DNA of 32,000 nucleotides, taken from contig OW818653.1 in NCBI GenBank assembly GCA_942492995.1, positions 1,380,001 through 1,412,000 of the forward strand, read 5' to 3'. Position 1 is the stretch's first letter. Every line of letters begins with the position of its first letter. Source of the stretch: an uncultured Erysipelotrichaceae bacterium (GTDB lineage: Bacteria > Bacillota_I > Bacilli_A > Erysipelotrichales > Erysipelotrichaceae). The notes below the pieces were generated by a model. The model was not told where the DNA came from. It saw only the letters and a list, made by a program, of their open reading frames with translations, and made no database searches. Shown in pieces: positions 1 through 8,579 of the stretch. A program made the position numbers and the translations under genes.

Positions 1-1246
1 CCGCAATTGATTTCGTTCCTAAGTAATGTATTTCAATGTGTAAATGTGGTCCAGTAGAACTACCTGACGAACCAACTTTACCAATTGAATCACCTTGATT
101 AACAATTCTACCTTGTGTAATTGGTGTATCTTTTTCAAGATGCATGTATATGATTCCATACGTTGCGCCACCAATTGATACTAATAGGATTACTTGATTC
201 CCTCCACGATTAATTCCAGGAGCTCCACAATTATTACCATAATACCCATATGTTGGACATGCATTCGCACTATACAGTACTACCCCATTCCCAACAGCTC
301 GTATGTCTGTCCCAACCGGTGCACCTAAATCAATTCCTAGATGAGTTCCACCATATGGATATGTCCATACACTGGCTGTAACTCTAAAGCCTGATGATAT
401 TGGCCAAATAAAACCATCTGACGTTACTACATTATTTAATGCGGCAGATATATTCTTTAGATTTTTTTGGATTTCACTTAAATTAGACGCAATATAACTT
501 TCTTTAGCCATCAATTCAGCTTCTTGAGTACGATATTCAAGTAATATTTTCTCAACACTATCCTGTAATTCAATGACAGTTTCACGATTCTTTATTAGAT
601 TCGCTTTATTTTCTTCGAGTATCAACACTTGTCTTTCAAGTTCTAATTTATCCGCATTAAACGCATTAACTTCCTCTGTTAAACGTTCTATTTCTTGTTT
701 ATCTGCATTCGTTATATCATTGATTCCTTCAATTCGTCGTACAAGATCCACAAAATCCTGTGCTCCAACAATGAAGTCTATATATGAATTTAAATAAACA
801 AACGACTGCATACTAATCATACGATTTTGAATAAATGCATCAATCTCGTTGATATTCGCTTGTCGAGCTTCAATATTTATTTTTAATGTATTAATTGATT
901 CTTCACTGGTTGCGATAGAACTTTCGATGTTCGCAATTGATTTATTTAAATCATCGATTTGTTTCTCATATTTAGTCACATCTGCCGCAAGTTTTAGAAT
1001 ATTGGATTTAATGTCTTTTAATTGATCTCTTAAATCATTTAGATCATCTTGAGCTTGATTTGCTTTTTCATTCACATACGCTTGATACGCACTACATTCA
1101 TCCTTATGATTCTTAGCTTCAACAGAAGAACATAGATTTGAGTAGTAGGCTTCATTCGCCTCAAAATCAATCGCATTAAATTCCTTGTATGGAACTAGCG
1201 TTAATACTAATAATACAAGAACGACATGTAAGATAAGCTTTTTCAT
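1..1246 (-). CDS. Secreted M23/LytM-family peptidoglycan endopeptidase with a long N-terminal coiled-coil (PcsB/EnvC-like partner of FtsEX); C-terminus runs off the window
   Basis: Absent from the ORF track because no stop lies in the window. My translation from ATG 1246 gives MKKLILHVVLVLLVLTLVPYKEF (signal peptide), then about 250 aa rich in Q/E/K/L/I/N with heptad character. The M23 motifs follow: YGGTHLGIDLGAPVGTD (HxxxD) and GSSGSSTGPHLHIEIHY (HxH). The ATG overlaps the ftsX stop (ATGA at 1243-1246). Confidence 0.85.
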   Translation of the reverse strand, partial: MKKLILHVVLVLLVLTLVPYKEFNAIDFEANEAYYSNLCSSVEAKNHKDECSAYQAYVNEKANQAQDDLNDLRDQLKDIKSNILKLAADVTKYEKQIDDLNKSIANIESSIATSEESINTLKINIEARQANINEIDAFIQNRMISMQSFVYLNSYIDFIVGAQDFVDLVRRIEGINDITNADKQEIERLTEEVNAFNADKLELERQVLILEENKANLIKNRETVIELQDSVEKILLEYRTQEAELMAKESYIASNLSEIQKNLKNISAALNNVVTSDGFIWPISSGFRVTASVWTYPYGGTHLGIDLGAPVGTDIRAVGNGVVLYSANACPTYGYYGNNCGAPGINRGGNQVILLVSIGGATYGIIYMHLEKDTPITQGRIVNQGDSIGKVGSSGSSTGPHLHIEIHYLGTKSIA

Positions 1247-2139
1247 CGAACTGTCCTCAAGTAACGAGAAACAGAAATGAAACTACCCACTAATCCAACG
1301 GACACTCCTAACATGATGAGAAGATAGGATAATTGAAAGACAAACGGGAATACAGGTCTTAGTTCGAATATATTGGTGAGTAAAACACCATTCAATGATT
1401 CATATAAATATTTATATCCAAATATGCTTATACCAATTGGTATGAGCGACCCGATAAATCCGATTAATAACCCTTCTACTAGAAATGGGGAGCGGATAAA
1501 GCCATTGGTTGCGCCAATTGTACGCATAATCTGTATTTCAGACATTCTTGAATGTATGGACATTTTTATTGTATTAGTAATCAAGAATACCGCGAGCAAG
1601 CCTAATACAAGCACAAGAATTAATCCACTATCTCTTACCGAATTTAATATTTCGATTAATTTTAGCGCATTAAGTCCGCCATAATTAACACTTTCTATCC
1701 CTATCATATTTTCTATTTTCGTAGAAACTTGATCAATCACATTACCTTCAGAAACTTCGATAATAAACGCATTACGTAATGGATTCTTTTCTCCACGATA
1801 CATTTCGAATATTTTGCCTTCTTCGCCATAGGATTCGATAAAGTGGTTTAACTCTTCATCCTTATCAGAGTATTCAACAGCCACAACACCAGGTAATTCT
1901 GAAATATTACGTTTCAAATCCGCGATACCTGTTAAATCAACTTCATTCTTTATTTGTACATGGATTTGAACTTTTGCCTGTACAGAGTCTGTAATTTGTT
2001 GGAGATTAACGGTCAACACTAGAAATAATGAGACTAATAATAGTGTCACAATTACTGCCATAATGGATGAAACACTCATCGCTAAATGTCGAATAAGTCC
2101 AATAAATCCTTCTTTAATCGGCCGAATGATTCGATTCAT
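1243..2139 (-). CDS. ftsX: Cell-division ABC transporter permease-like protein FtsX
   Basis: 298 aa from ATG 2139, with SD AAGGAGGA 9 nt upstream. The longer track start (2196) lies inside ftsE. Topology is TM1, a ~100-aa extracytoplasmic loop, then three C-terminal TM helices. It sits directly after ftsE and before the M23 peptidase. Confidence 0.85.
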   Translation of the reverse strand: MNRIIRPIKEGFIGLIRHLAMSVSSIMAVIVTLLLVSLFLVLTVNLQQITDSVQAKVQIHVQIKNEVDLTGIADLKRNISELPGVVAVEYSDKDEELNHFIESYGEEGKIFEMYRGEKNPLRNAFIIEVSEGNVIDQVSTKIENMIGIESVNYGGLNALKLIEILNSVRDSGLILVLVLGLLAVFLITNTIKMSIHSRMSEIQIMRTIGATNGFIRSPFLVEGLLIGFIGSLIPIGISIFGYKYLYESLNGVLLTNIFELRPVFPFVFQLSYLLIMLGVSVGLVGSFISVSRYLRTVR

Positions 2140-2821
2140 GTTGAATATATCCTCCTTCAGCCATATCTGCGACAATGTGCCCAGCTTCAAGCGCAATGGT
2201 ACGTTTCTTATATAAGTTTACGATTCCGATATCATGTGTAACCATTAATATCGTTGTACGTTCTTCACGATTAATTCGTTCAAGTAATTGGATTATTTCT
2301 CCTGATTTTTGCGGGTCAAGATTACCTGTTGGTTCATCCGCTATTAAAATACGTGGTTTATTCGCAATCGCTCTCGCAATAACTGCACGTTGTTGTTGAC
2401 CACCGGATAGTTGATTTGGATAATGACTTGATTTCTCACTTAAATCCACTAATTGTAAAACTTCACGTACTCTTTGACGTGCCAATAATGGATTCATATT
2501 CGTTATTTCTAATGCATACATAACATTTTCAAATACTGTTTTAGATGGTAATAATTTAAAATCTTGAAACACAACCCCAATATAACGTCTATAATATGGT
2601 ATTTTCCCATGTCTTAATTGACCTACATTGATACCTGATACTTCAACGGATCCTTTAGTCGGTTTCTCTTCCGCATCCAATAATCGTATCAATGTGGATT
2701 TCCCTGAACCTGTCGGACCTATAATATAGACAAATTCACTTTGATCGATGAATAGATTGATATTGTAAAGTGCATTAACACCATTTTTGTAGGTTTTCGA
2801 TACATCACTTAATTTGATCAT
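2114..2821 (-). CDS. ftsE: Cell-division ABC transporter ATP-binding protein FtsE
   Basis: Starts MIKLSDVSKTYKNG. Motifs: Walker A GPTGSGKS, signature LSGGQQQR, Walker [14 protein letters not shown]-loop VTHD. SD GGGAGA lies 4 nt before ATG 2821. The track start at 2833 adds 4 residues with no SD. Confidence 0.9.
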   Translation of the reverse strand: MIKLSDVSKTYKNGVNALYNINLFIDQSEFVYIIGPTGSGKSTLIRLLDAEEKPTKGSVEVSGINVGQLRHGKIPYYRRYIGVVFQDFKLLPSKTVFENVMYALEITNMNPLLARQRVREVLQLVDLSEKSSHYPNQLSGGQQQRAVIARAIANKPRILIADEPTGNLDPQKSGEIIQLLERINREERTTILMVTHDIGIVNLYKKRTIALEAGHIVADMAEGGYIQHESNHSAD

Positions 2822-2841
2822 ATTGTCTCCCAATTGTTTTA

Positions 2842-2850
2842 ATTATAGCA
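2842..2850 (-). promoter_or_regulatory. Candidate extended -10 promoter for ftsE-ftsX-M23
   Basis: The minus strand reads TGCTATAAT about 20 nt upstream of ATG 2821. No convincing -35 was found. Confidence 0.45.
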
Positions 2851-2904
2851 TAGTAAAGTTTAAGCGTAGCTTAAGACAGCACTTCAAAATCGTTAATTAA
2901 CCTA

Positions 2905-2939
2905 GATAAAAAAAGATGAAATTTATTTCATTTCATCTT
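2905..2939 (-). terminator. Rho-independent terminator after the yitT-like gene
   Basis: 10-bp stem AAGATGAAAT / ATTTCATCTT (2913-2922 and 2930-2939), 7-nt loop. The A-run at 2907-2914 is a T-run on the minus strand. Confidence 0.75.
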
Positions 2940-2961
2940 GATACATTTTTGTTATTTTGTA

Positions 2962-3813
2962 CTAAACTTTGTAGTCAAACGAGAATCCATTGCCTTTAAC
3001 TTCCATTGCCTCCGTCGCTATCACAAAGGCATGCGGATCTATTTTATGTAGTTCATCAATCAATTCAGGATATTGAGTCATATTAATAACAGATAAAATT
3101 ACAGCTCTGCTTTCACGTGTATATCCACCATGTGCAGATAATAATGTAGCGCCACGTTCTAACTTCTTATCAATCATATCTACGACTTCATCGACACTAT
3201 TCGTTATAATCATGACAGAACGAGCTTCTTGACCACCAAAGACTAAAACTTGTTTAATCGCAAAGGCACTTGCCCAAACGGATATAAATCCCATAAGAAC
3301 AGCTTCAATACCATATACAAATACACCTAATGTGACAGTAAGAAAGTCAACCGCTAATACTAATTTACTTAATTCGATATTCGTAAATTTATGGATAATG
3401 AGAGGTGGTACATCCATCCCCCCAGTTGAAGCCCCAGTTCGAAAGACTAAACCTACTCCAAATCCAGCAACCAATCCTCCATATAAACTAGCTAGTATTG
3501 GATCGATACTAACTTGTATTGGTTGTGTACTTAATAAATTAAGAAATAATGGATATAGAATACTACTTGATATCGTATGAATGGTAAACTTACGACCTAA
3601 GAAATAGGCACCTAAACCAAATAATAACCAGATTAAGACTGAGATGATTAAGTCAGAACGATATCCTGTGATTTTCGCTAACGCTACCGCAATCCCCGCA
3701 ACTCCACCGGATAATATTTCATACGGTAATATAAAAGTATGCACCGCAATTGCGAGCATTAAGTTCCCTACTACGACTAATAGGATATCTACAAGGTTTT
3801 TCTTTAGATTCAT
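2962..3813 (-). CDS. YitT-family membrane protein (multi-TM N-terminus plus C-terminal DUF2179-like soluble domain)
   Basis: N-terminus NLKKNLVDILLVVVGNLMLAIAVHTFILPYEILSGGVAGIAV, several TM helices, and a C-terminal soluble domain of about 80 aa. This is a family-level recall. The start is ambiguous between GTG 3822 and ATG 3813, and neither has an SD. Confidence 0.7.
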   Translation of the reverse strand: MNLKKNLVDILLVVVGNLMLAIAVHTFILPYEILSGGVAGIAVALAKITGYRSDLIISVLIWLLFGLGAYFLGRKFTIHTISSSILYPLFLNLLSTQPIQVSIDPILASLYGGLVAGFGVGLVFRTGASTGGMDVPPLIIHKFTNIELSKLVLAVDFLTVTLGVFVYGIEAVLMGFISVWASAFAIKQVLVFGGQEARSVMIITNSVDEVVDMIDKKLERGATLLSAHGGYTRESRAVILSVINMTQYPELIDELHKIDPHAFVIATEAMEVKGNGFSFDYKV

Positions 3814-3824
3814 GTTTTTCACGC

Positions 3825-3834
3825 TATAATTATA
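3825..3834. promoter_or_regulatory. Palindromic TATAATTATA giving overlapping -10 hexamers on both strands, in the 35-44 bp gap between the divergent yitT-like and vanZ-like genes
   Basis: Plus strand: TATAAT at 3825-3830, with TTTAGA 16 nt upstream. Minus strand: TGGTATAAT (extended -10) covering 3829-3837. Confidence 0.4.
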
Positions 3835-3857
3835 CCATTACAACTGAAAGACTTCCT

Positions 3858-4289
3858 ATGGTTAACGAACGAAAACACACTAAACTTATCTTTCCACTCC
3901 TGACTCTTGTCTGGATTATCGTTATATTCTCGTTTTCTTTACAGAATGGGTCAATTTCAAGCCTTCAAAGTGGTGTTATTACAAAATACATTCACACTCT
4001 TTTATCCAATATAAATATCAATCTAGAGCTAAAGTTATTAAGTTTGATTATCCGCAAACTAGCGCATTTTACGGAATTCTTTATACTAGGTTGCTTAACA
4101 AGTAAGAGTTCGATTGATTTGAAACGTAATGATCTATTGTTATTTATCTTCATTATCCCTATACTCGATGAGTTTATTCAATCCTTTATTCCTGATCGAG
4201 CAATGTCTGTAATTGATATGGGGATTGATTCACTTGGAATTCTATTTGGGTTAATTGTTATAACGATTATTCACAAATTTATTAAGTAA
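3858..4289 (+). CDS. VanZ-like family membrane protein
   Basis: 143 aa from ATG 3858, with four TM helices and the RKLAHFTEFFILG motif typical of VanZ-like proteins. The upstream part of the track ORF (from 3750) overlaps the divergent yitT-like gene and is discarded. Confidence 0.7.
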   Translation: MVNERKHTKLIFPLLTLVWIIVIFSFSLQNGSISSLQSGVITKYIHTLLSNININLELKLLSLIIRKLAHFTEFFILGCLTSKSSIDLKRNDLLLFIFIIPILDEFIQSFIPDRAMSVIDMGIDSLGILFGLIVITIIHKFIK

Positions 4290-4310
4290 ATAAACACACT
4301 AAATATAAGG

Positions 4311-4339
4311 AGTTGATGCATTATGAATCAACTTTTTTT
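4311..4339 (+). terminator. Rho-independent terminator after the vanZ-like gene
   Basis: 7-bp stem AGTTGAT / ATCAACT, 9-nt loop, followed by TTTTTTT. Confidence 0.6.
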
Positions 4340-4379
4340 ATTATTTTAAAAAAATATATACTTTTTTTATCAATATACC

Positions 4380-4408
4380 TTGACAGGCGAAGTATATCGT
4401 ATTAATAT
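4380..4408 (+). promoter_or_regulatory. SigA-type promoter of the padR operon
   Basis: TTGACA (4380-4385), a 17-nt spacer, then TAATAT (4403-4408), 22 nt upstream of ATG 4431. The inverted hexamers ATATAC (4373-4378) and GTATAT (4392-4397) bracket the -35 and may be an operator. Confidence 0.7.
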
Positions 4409-4430
4409 GCAGATAGAGAGGAGTGATGTC

Positions 4431-4751
4431 ATGAATATTACATCTGATCTTCTAAGAGGACATACTGAGACGATTATCTTAAAACATCTTATCGAAAAAG
4501 ACAGTTATGGGTATGAGATTAATAAATCAATCCAAGAGAAGACGAATAATCAGTTTGAACTTAAAGAAGCAACCCTGTATTCCGCATTTAGAAGACTTGA
4601 GACAGCTGGACTAATATCATCTTACTGGGGAGATGAGGCAACTGGCGCAAGACGTCGGTATTACACGATTACATATGAAGGAAGAATGTTATACCAACAA
4701 AACAAAAAGGATTGGGAAGAGGCTAAAAGCCTTATTGACCACTTGATCTAG
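4431..4751 (+). CDS. PadR-family winged-helix transcriptional regulator
   Basis: Starts MNITSDLLRGHTETIILKHLIEKDSYGYEINKSIQ and continues ...EATLYSAFRRLETAGLISSYWGDE...RRRYYTITYEG. SD AGAGAGGAG precedes ATG 4431. The TTG at 4380 in the track is actually the -35 hexamer of the promoter. Confidence 0.9.
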   Translation: MNITSDLLRGHTETIILKHLIEKDSYGYEINKSIQEKTNNQFELKEATLYSAFRRLETAGLISSYWGDEATGARRRYYTITYEGRMLYQQNKKDWEEAKSLIDHLI

Positions 4752-4760
4752 GAGGGAACT

Positions 4761-5423
4761 ATGATTAGCAAAATTAGACAGTATATTACACGAGCATTTG
4801 AAGATGTTCCAAAGACAAAGAAATCAGTTGAGATGCAAGAAGAACTTATTAGTAATCTTATTGAGAAATACAATGATCAATTAGCTCAAAATAAGTCTGA
4901 AGAAGAAGCATACAATACTGTTATTGCAGGTATTGGTGATTTAAGCGAACTAACTGAAAGTTTAAAAGAAAGACATGTATTATCAGCGATTAGTCCTGAA
5001 GAAAGAAAACGTTCTGCACGTAATACTGCATTTGCGGTTATGTTGTTTATCTTAAGTCCAATGGCACTTATCGTTTCTGCTGAAGTACTTCATCAAGAAA
5101 TTGTTGGATTAGCTACAATGTTTATGTTTATTGCATGTGGAACAGGTATTCTAATCTATACACAAGCAAGCAAACCTAAATATTTAAAAGAAGAAGAAAC
5201 AATGATTGAAGAGTTTAAAGAATGGAAGAGTAAAAAGAATCGTGATAAAGGCTTATTTGAAGCACTAGGTTCTGCGTATTGGTTGATCGTTGTGGCGATT
5301 TATTTATACATTAGCTTCACGTACTTCAATTGGCATTATTCATGGATTATCTTCTTAATCGCTTCCGCAATATTTAATATTCTTAAAGCAGTCGTTGATA
5401 TGGGGCATCGCAATGACCAGTAG
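4761..5423 (+). CDS. PadR-associated membrane protein (N-terminal cytoplasmic helical DUF1700 / permease-prefix-like domain plus 4 TM helices)
   Basis: SD TAGGAGGG lies before ATG 4761. The N-terminal ~95 aa are a soluble helical region (MISKIRQYITRAFEDVPKTKKSVEMQEELISNLIEKYNDQL...), followed by four hydrophobic helices. The position immediately after padR is the typical arrangement. Confidence 0.6.
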   Translation: MISKIRQYITRAFEDVPKTKKSVEMQEELISNLIEKYNDQLAQNKSEEEAYNTVIAGIGDLSELTESLKERHVLSAISPEERKRSARNTAFAVMLFILSPMALIVSAEVLHQEIVGLATMFMFIACGTGILIYTQASKPKYLKEEETMIEEFKEWKSKKNRDKGLFEALGSAYWLIVVAIYLYISFTYFNWHYSWIIFLIASAIFNILKAVVDMGHRNDQ

Positions 5424-6324
5424 ATATTTATTAGGGACCATTAAGATTGTTATATTTTCTCTAATCGCGGTAATTGCGACACTTGTATTCTTCGCGCTCT
5501 TTAATGGACAATCACTTCCATTTAATTTTACAGAGAACAAAGAACCAAACGTACTATTGCAAGATGTAACGATTGAAGAAAACATCGATAATGTAAATCT
5601 TGAATGGTACGCTGGTGGAGTAGTAATCTCTAAGAGTTATGATGACAAGATTCACTTTAAAGAAAAATCTACTGAGAAATTAAATTCAAATAAATGGGCT
5701 AGTGCTGAAGTTGTTGGGGATACACTCAATCTAAAGAGTAACAATAAGTATAATTTCGTATTATTCTTCTTTCAATCACCAGCTACTTATTTAGAGTTGA
5801 GATTACCAGAGAAACAATACGAATCATTTAGAATGTTAATGACATCTGGTAATACAACAATTTCTGAGTTTAATATTAGTGATGTAGATATTACAATCAC
5901 TTCTGGTAATCTATTCTTGTTTAATATTGAAAGTGAACGTATGACGATAAATATGACAAGTGGAAACTCAAATTTCCAAAATACTAGAATTCACTCGTTT
6001 GATTTAACGATGACTTCTGGTAATACCGATTTTGATGGGATTATTTCTGAAGAATGTCGAATTGATATGACAAGCGGAAATCTAAACCTTTCTTCGACAA
6101 CCTTTACTCCACGCATAATGAATGTGAATATGACATCAGGCGATGCGGACATTACATTAAGTAAGAACTATGGATTTGTCTTGAAACTTGATAAGACATC
6201 AGGAAATATTGATTTAGATAACGAGATCGAAAAAGTTAGTGAATCTGAATATACATATTACGATAAAGAATATAATATAAATGTTGATATGACGAGTGGA
6301 TCGTTTGATATCAATTTACGTTAA
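5413..6324 (+). CDS. DUF4097-family (LiaG/YvlB-like putative adhesin) beta-helix repeat protein with an N-terminal TM anchor
   Basis: One N-terminal TM helix (IKIVIFSLIAVIATLVFFALF), then eight (M/I/K)TSG(N/D/S) repeat units. ATG 5413 is preferred over TTG 5395. It overlaps the upstream gene's end by 11 nt. Confidence 0.75.
   Translation: MTSRYLLGTIKIVIFSLIAVIATLVFFALFNGQSLPFNFTENKEPNVLLQDVTIEENIDNVNLEWYAGGVVISKSYDDKIHFKEKSTEKLNSNKWASAEVVGDTLNLKSNNKYNFVLFFFQSPATYLELRLPEKQYESFRMLMTSGNTTISEFNISDVDITITSGNLFLFNIESERMTINMTSGNSNFQNTRIHSFDLTMTSGNTDFDGIISEECRIDMTSGNLNLSSTTFTPRIMNVNMTSGDADITLSKNYGFVLKLDKTSGNIDLDNEIEKVSESEYTYYDKEYNINVDMTSGSFDINLR
5833..6321 (+). repeat. Eight in-frame protein-level repeats (x-TSG-N/D/S units) within the DUF4097 gene
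   Basis: TSG tripeptides fall at ORF-track residues 150, 169, 188, 207, 226, 247, 268 and 300. The spacings are 19, 19, 19, 19, 21, 21 and 32 aa. At the DNA level the units are degenerate (atgacatctggtaat, atgacaagtggaaac, atgacttctggtaat, atgacaagcggaaat, atgacatcaggcgat). Confidence 0.9.
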
Positions 6325-6329
6325 AGAAA

Positions 6330-6358
6330 AGCCTAATTCAATTGAATTAGGCTATTTT

Positions 6359-6360
<2 letters not shown>
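6330..6360. terminator. Bidirectional terminator shared by the convergent DUF4097 and tpl genes
   Basis: A 24-nt perfect palindrome, AGCCTAATTCAATTGAATTAGGCT (6330-6353). It is flanked by AAAGAAAA upstream and TTTTTT downstream. Confidence 0.85.
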
Positions 6361-7782
<1,422 letters not shown>

Positions 7783-7850
7783 TGTATCTTGGTGATGTAA
7801 ATTATGATAATAAAAAGAAACTATTCACATTTATGTAAATAGTTGATGTA

Positions 7851-7878
7851 ATAAAAAATCCTATCGATTGATAGGATT
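7851..7878 (-). terminator. Rho-independent terminator after satP
   Basis: 9-bp stem AATCCTATC / GATAGGATT, 4-nt loop, and a T-run on the minus strand. The stem overlaps the satP stop codon. Confidence 0.75.
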
Positions 7879-8431
7879 AAAGAGGGAAAATTGTTTTATT
7901 ATATTCGTTGTTTACAATCTGTCCAACAGCACTATACATTGCGGATGCGCCACAGAAGATTCCAACATATCCAGCTACTAATGTAATTGTATGATTACCT
8001 GTGAAATCACCTAGTGCTAAAAGTACAAATAATAATGTTAGTGATCCAAAAACGATTTGAGTGATACGGTTGTGGGTTAATGTTCCTATGAACATAAATC
8101 CAGTAAAGATACCCCAAACCAATAAGTAATAACCCATTGAAATCTTATCTGCTTCAAGTCCAGCAGGTGCGAACATCCAGATAATTACAAGTGACCACCA
8201 GAATGCGCCATATGCGATAAACGCTGTACCCGCAAAGGTGTTTCCTTGTTTCATTTCAAATATCCCAGCGATTAGTTGTGCTAATCCGCCTAATGCGATG
8301 CCCATTCCGATAATTACAATTGAAAGTGGAATAATATCCGCATTGTGTAAATTTAATAAGATTGTTGTTGTGCCAAAACCTAGTAACCCCAATGGTCCAG
8401 GATTTGCCAATTTCTTTTCAACATTTGCCAT
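7877..8431 (-). CDS. satP: GPR1/FUN34/YaaH (AceTr) family acetate/succinate-type channel
   Basis: Carries the family signature ANPGPLGLLGFGTTTILLNLHN, six TM helices, and YGAFW and GASAMY segments that parallel E. coli SatP as I recall it. SD AAGGAGA is present. Confidence 0.85.
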   Translation of the reverse strand: MANVEKKLANPGPLGLLGFGTTTILLNLHNADIIPLSIVIIGMGIALGGLAQLIAGIFEMKQGNTFAGTAFIAYGAFWWSLVIIWMFAPAGLEADKISMGYYLLVWGIFTGFMFIGTLTHNRITQIVFGSLTLLFVLLALGDFTGNHTITLVAGYVGIFCGASAMYSAVGQIVNNEYNKTIFPL

Positions 8432-8470
8432 TACAATAAATTCTCCTTGTTAACGCTTTCAAGCCATATT

Positions 8471-8499
8471 AGTATACCAAGCTTAAACATGAAAGACAA
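8471..8499 (-). promoter_or_regulatory. Candidate promoter of satP
   Basis: The minus strand reads TTGTCT, a 17-nt spacer ending in TGG, then TATACT (TGnTATACT, an extended -10). Confidence 0.5.
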
Positions 8500-8506
8500 T
8501 TCACAT

Positions 8507-8535
8507 TTGATAAAAAATTAAAGCAGTGTTATTCT
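8507..8535 (+). promoter_or_regulatory. Candidate promoter of the PAS-GGDEF-HD-GYP gene
   Basis: TTGATA (8507-8512), a 17-nt spacer, then TATTCT (8530-8535) preceded by TGT. It overlaps the track's GTG 8526 start, which argues for the downstream TTG 8580 start. Confidence 0.35.
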
Positions 8536-8579
8536 ATGATTACATAAAGCTTTATCAGGACTTTATTGGAGGAAAAACT

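Noticed and set aside
4307-4347. A mini-ORF after an AAGGAG sequence: ATG AAT CAA CTT TTT TTA TTA TTT TAA (MNQLFLLF), downstream of the vanZ-like gene.
   Set aside because: The AGGAG, ATG and T-run are better explained as the stem and T-tract of the vanZ terminator (stem AGTTGAT/ATCAACT followed by TTTTTTT). An 8-codon ORF has no independent support.
5833-6321. The periodic ATGAC(n)TCTGG/AGTGG units as a possible DNA tandem repeat or CRISPR-like array.
   Set aside because: The periodicity is in-frame protein repeat structure inside one ORF. The DNA units are degenerate, with no conserved repeat/spacer organisation.
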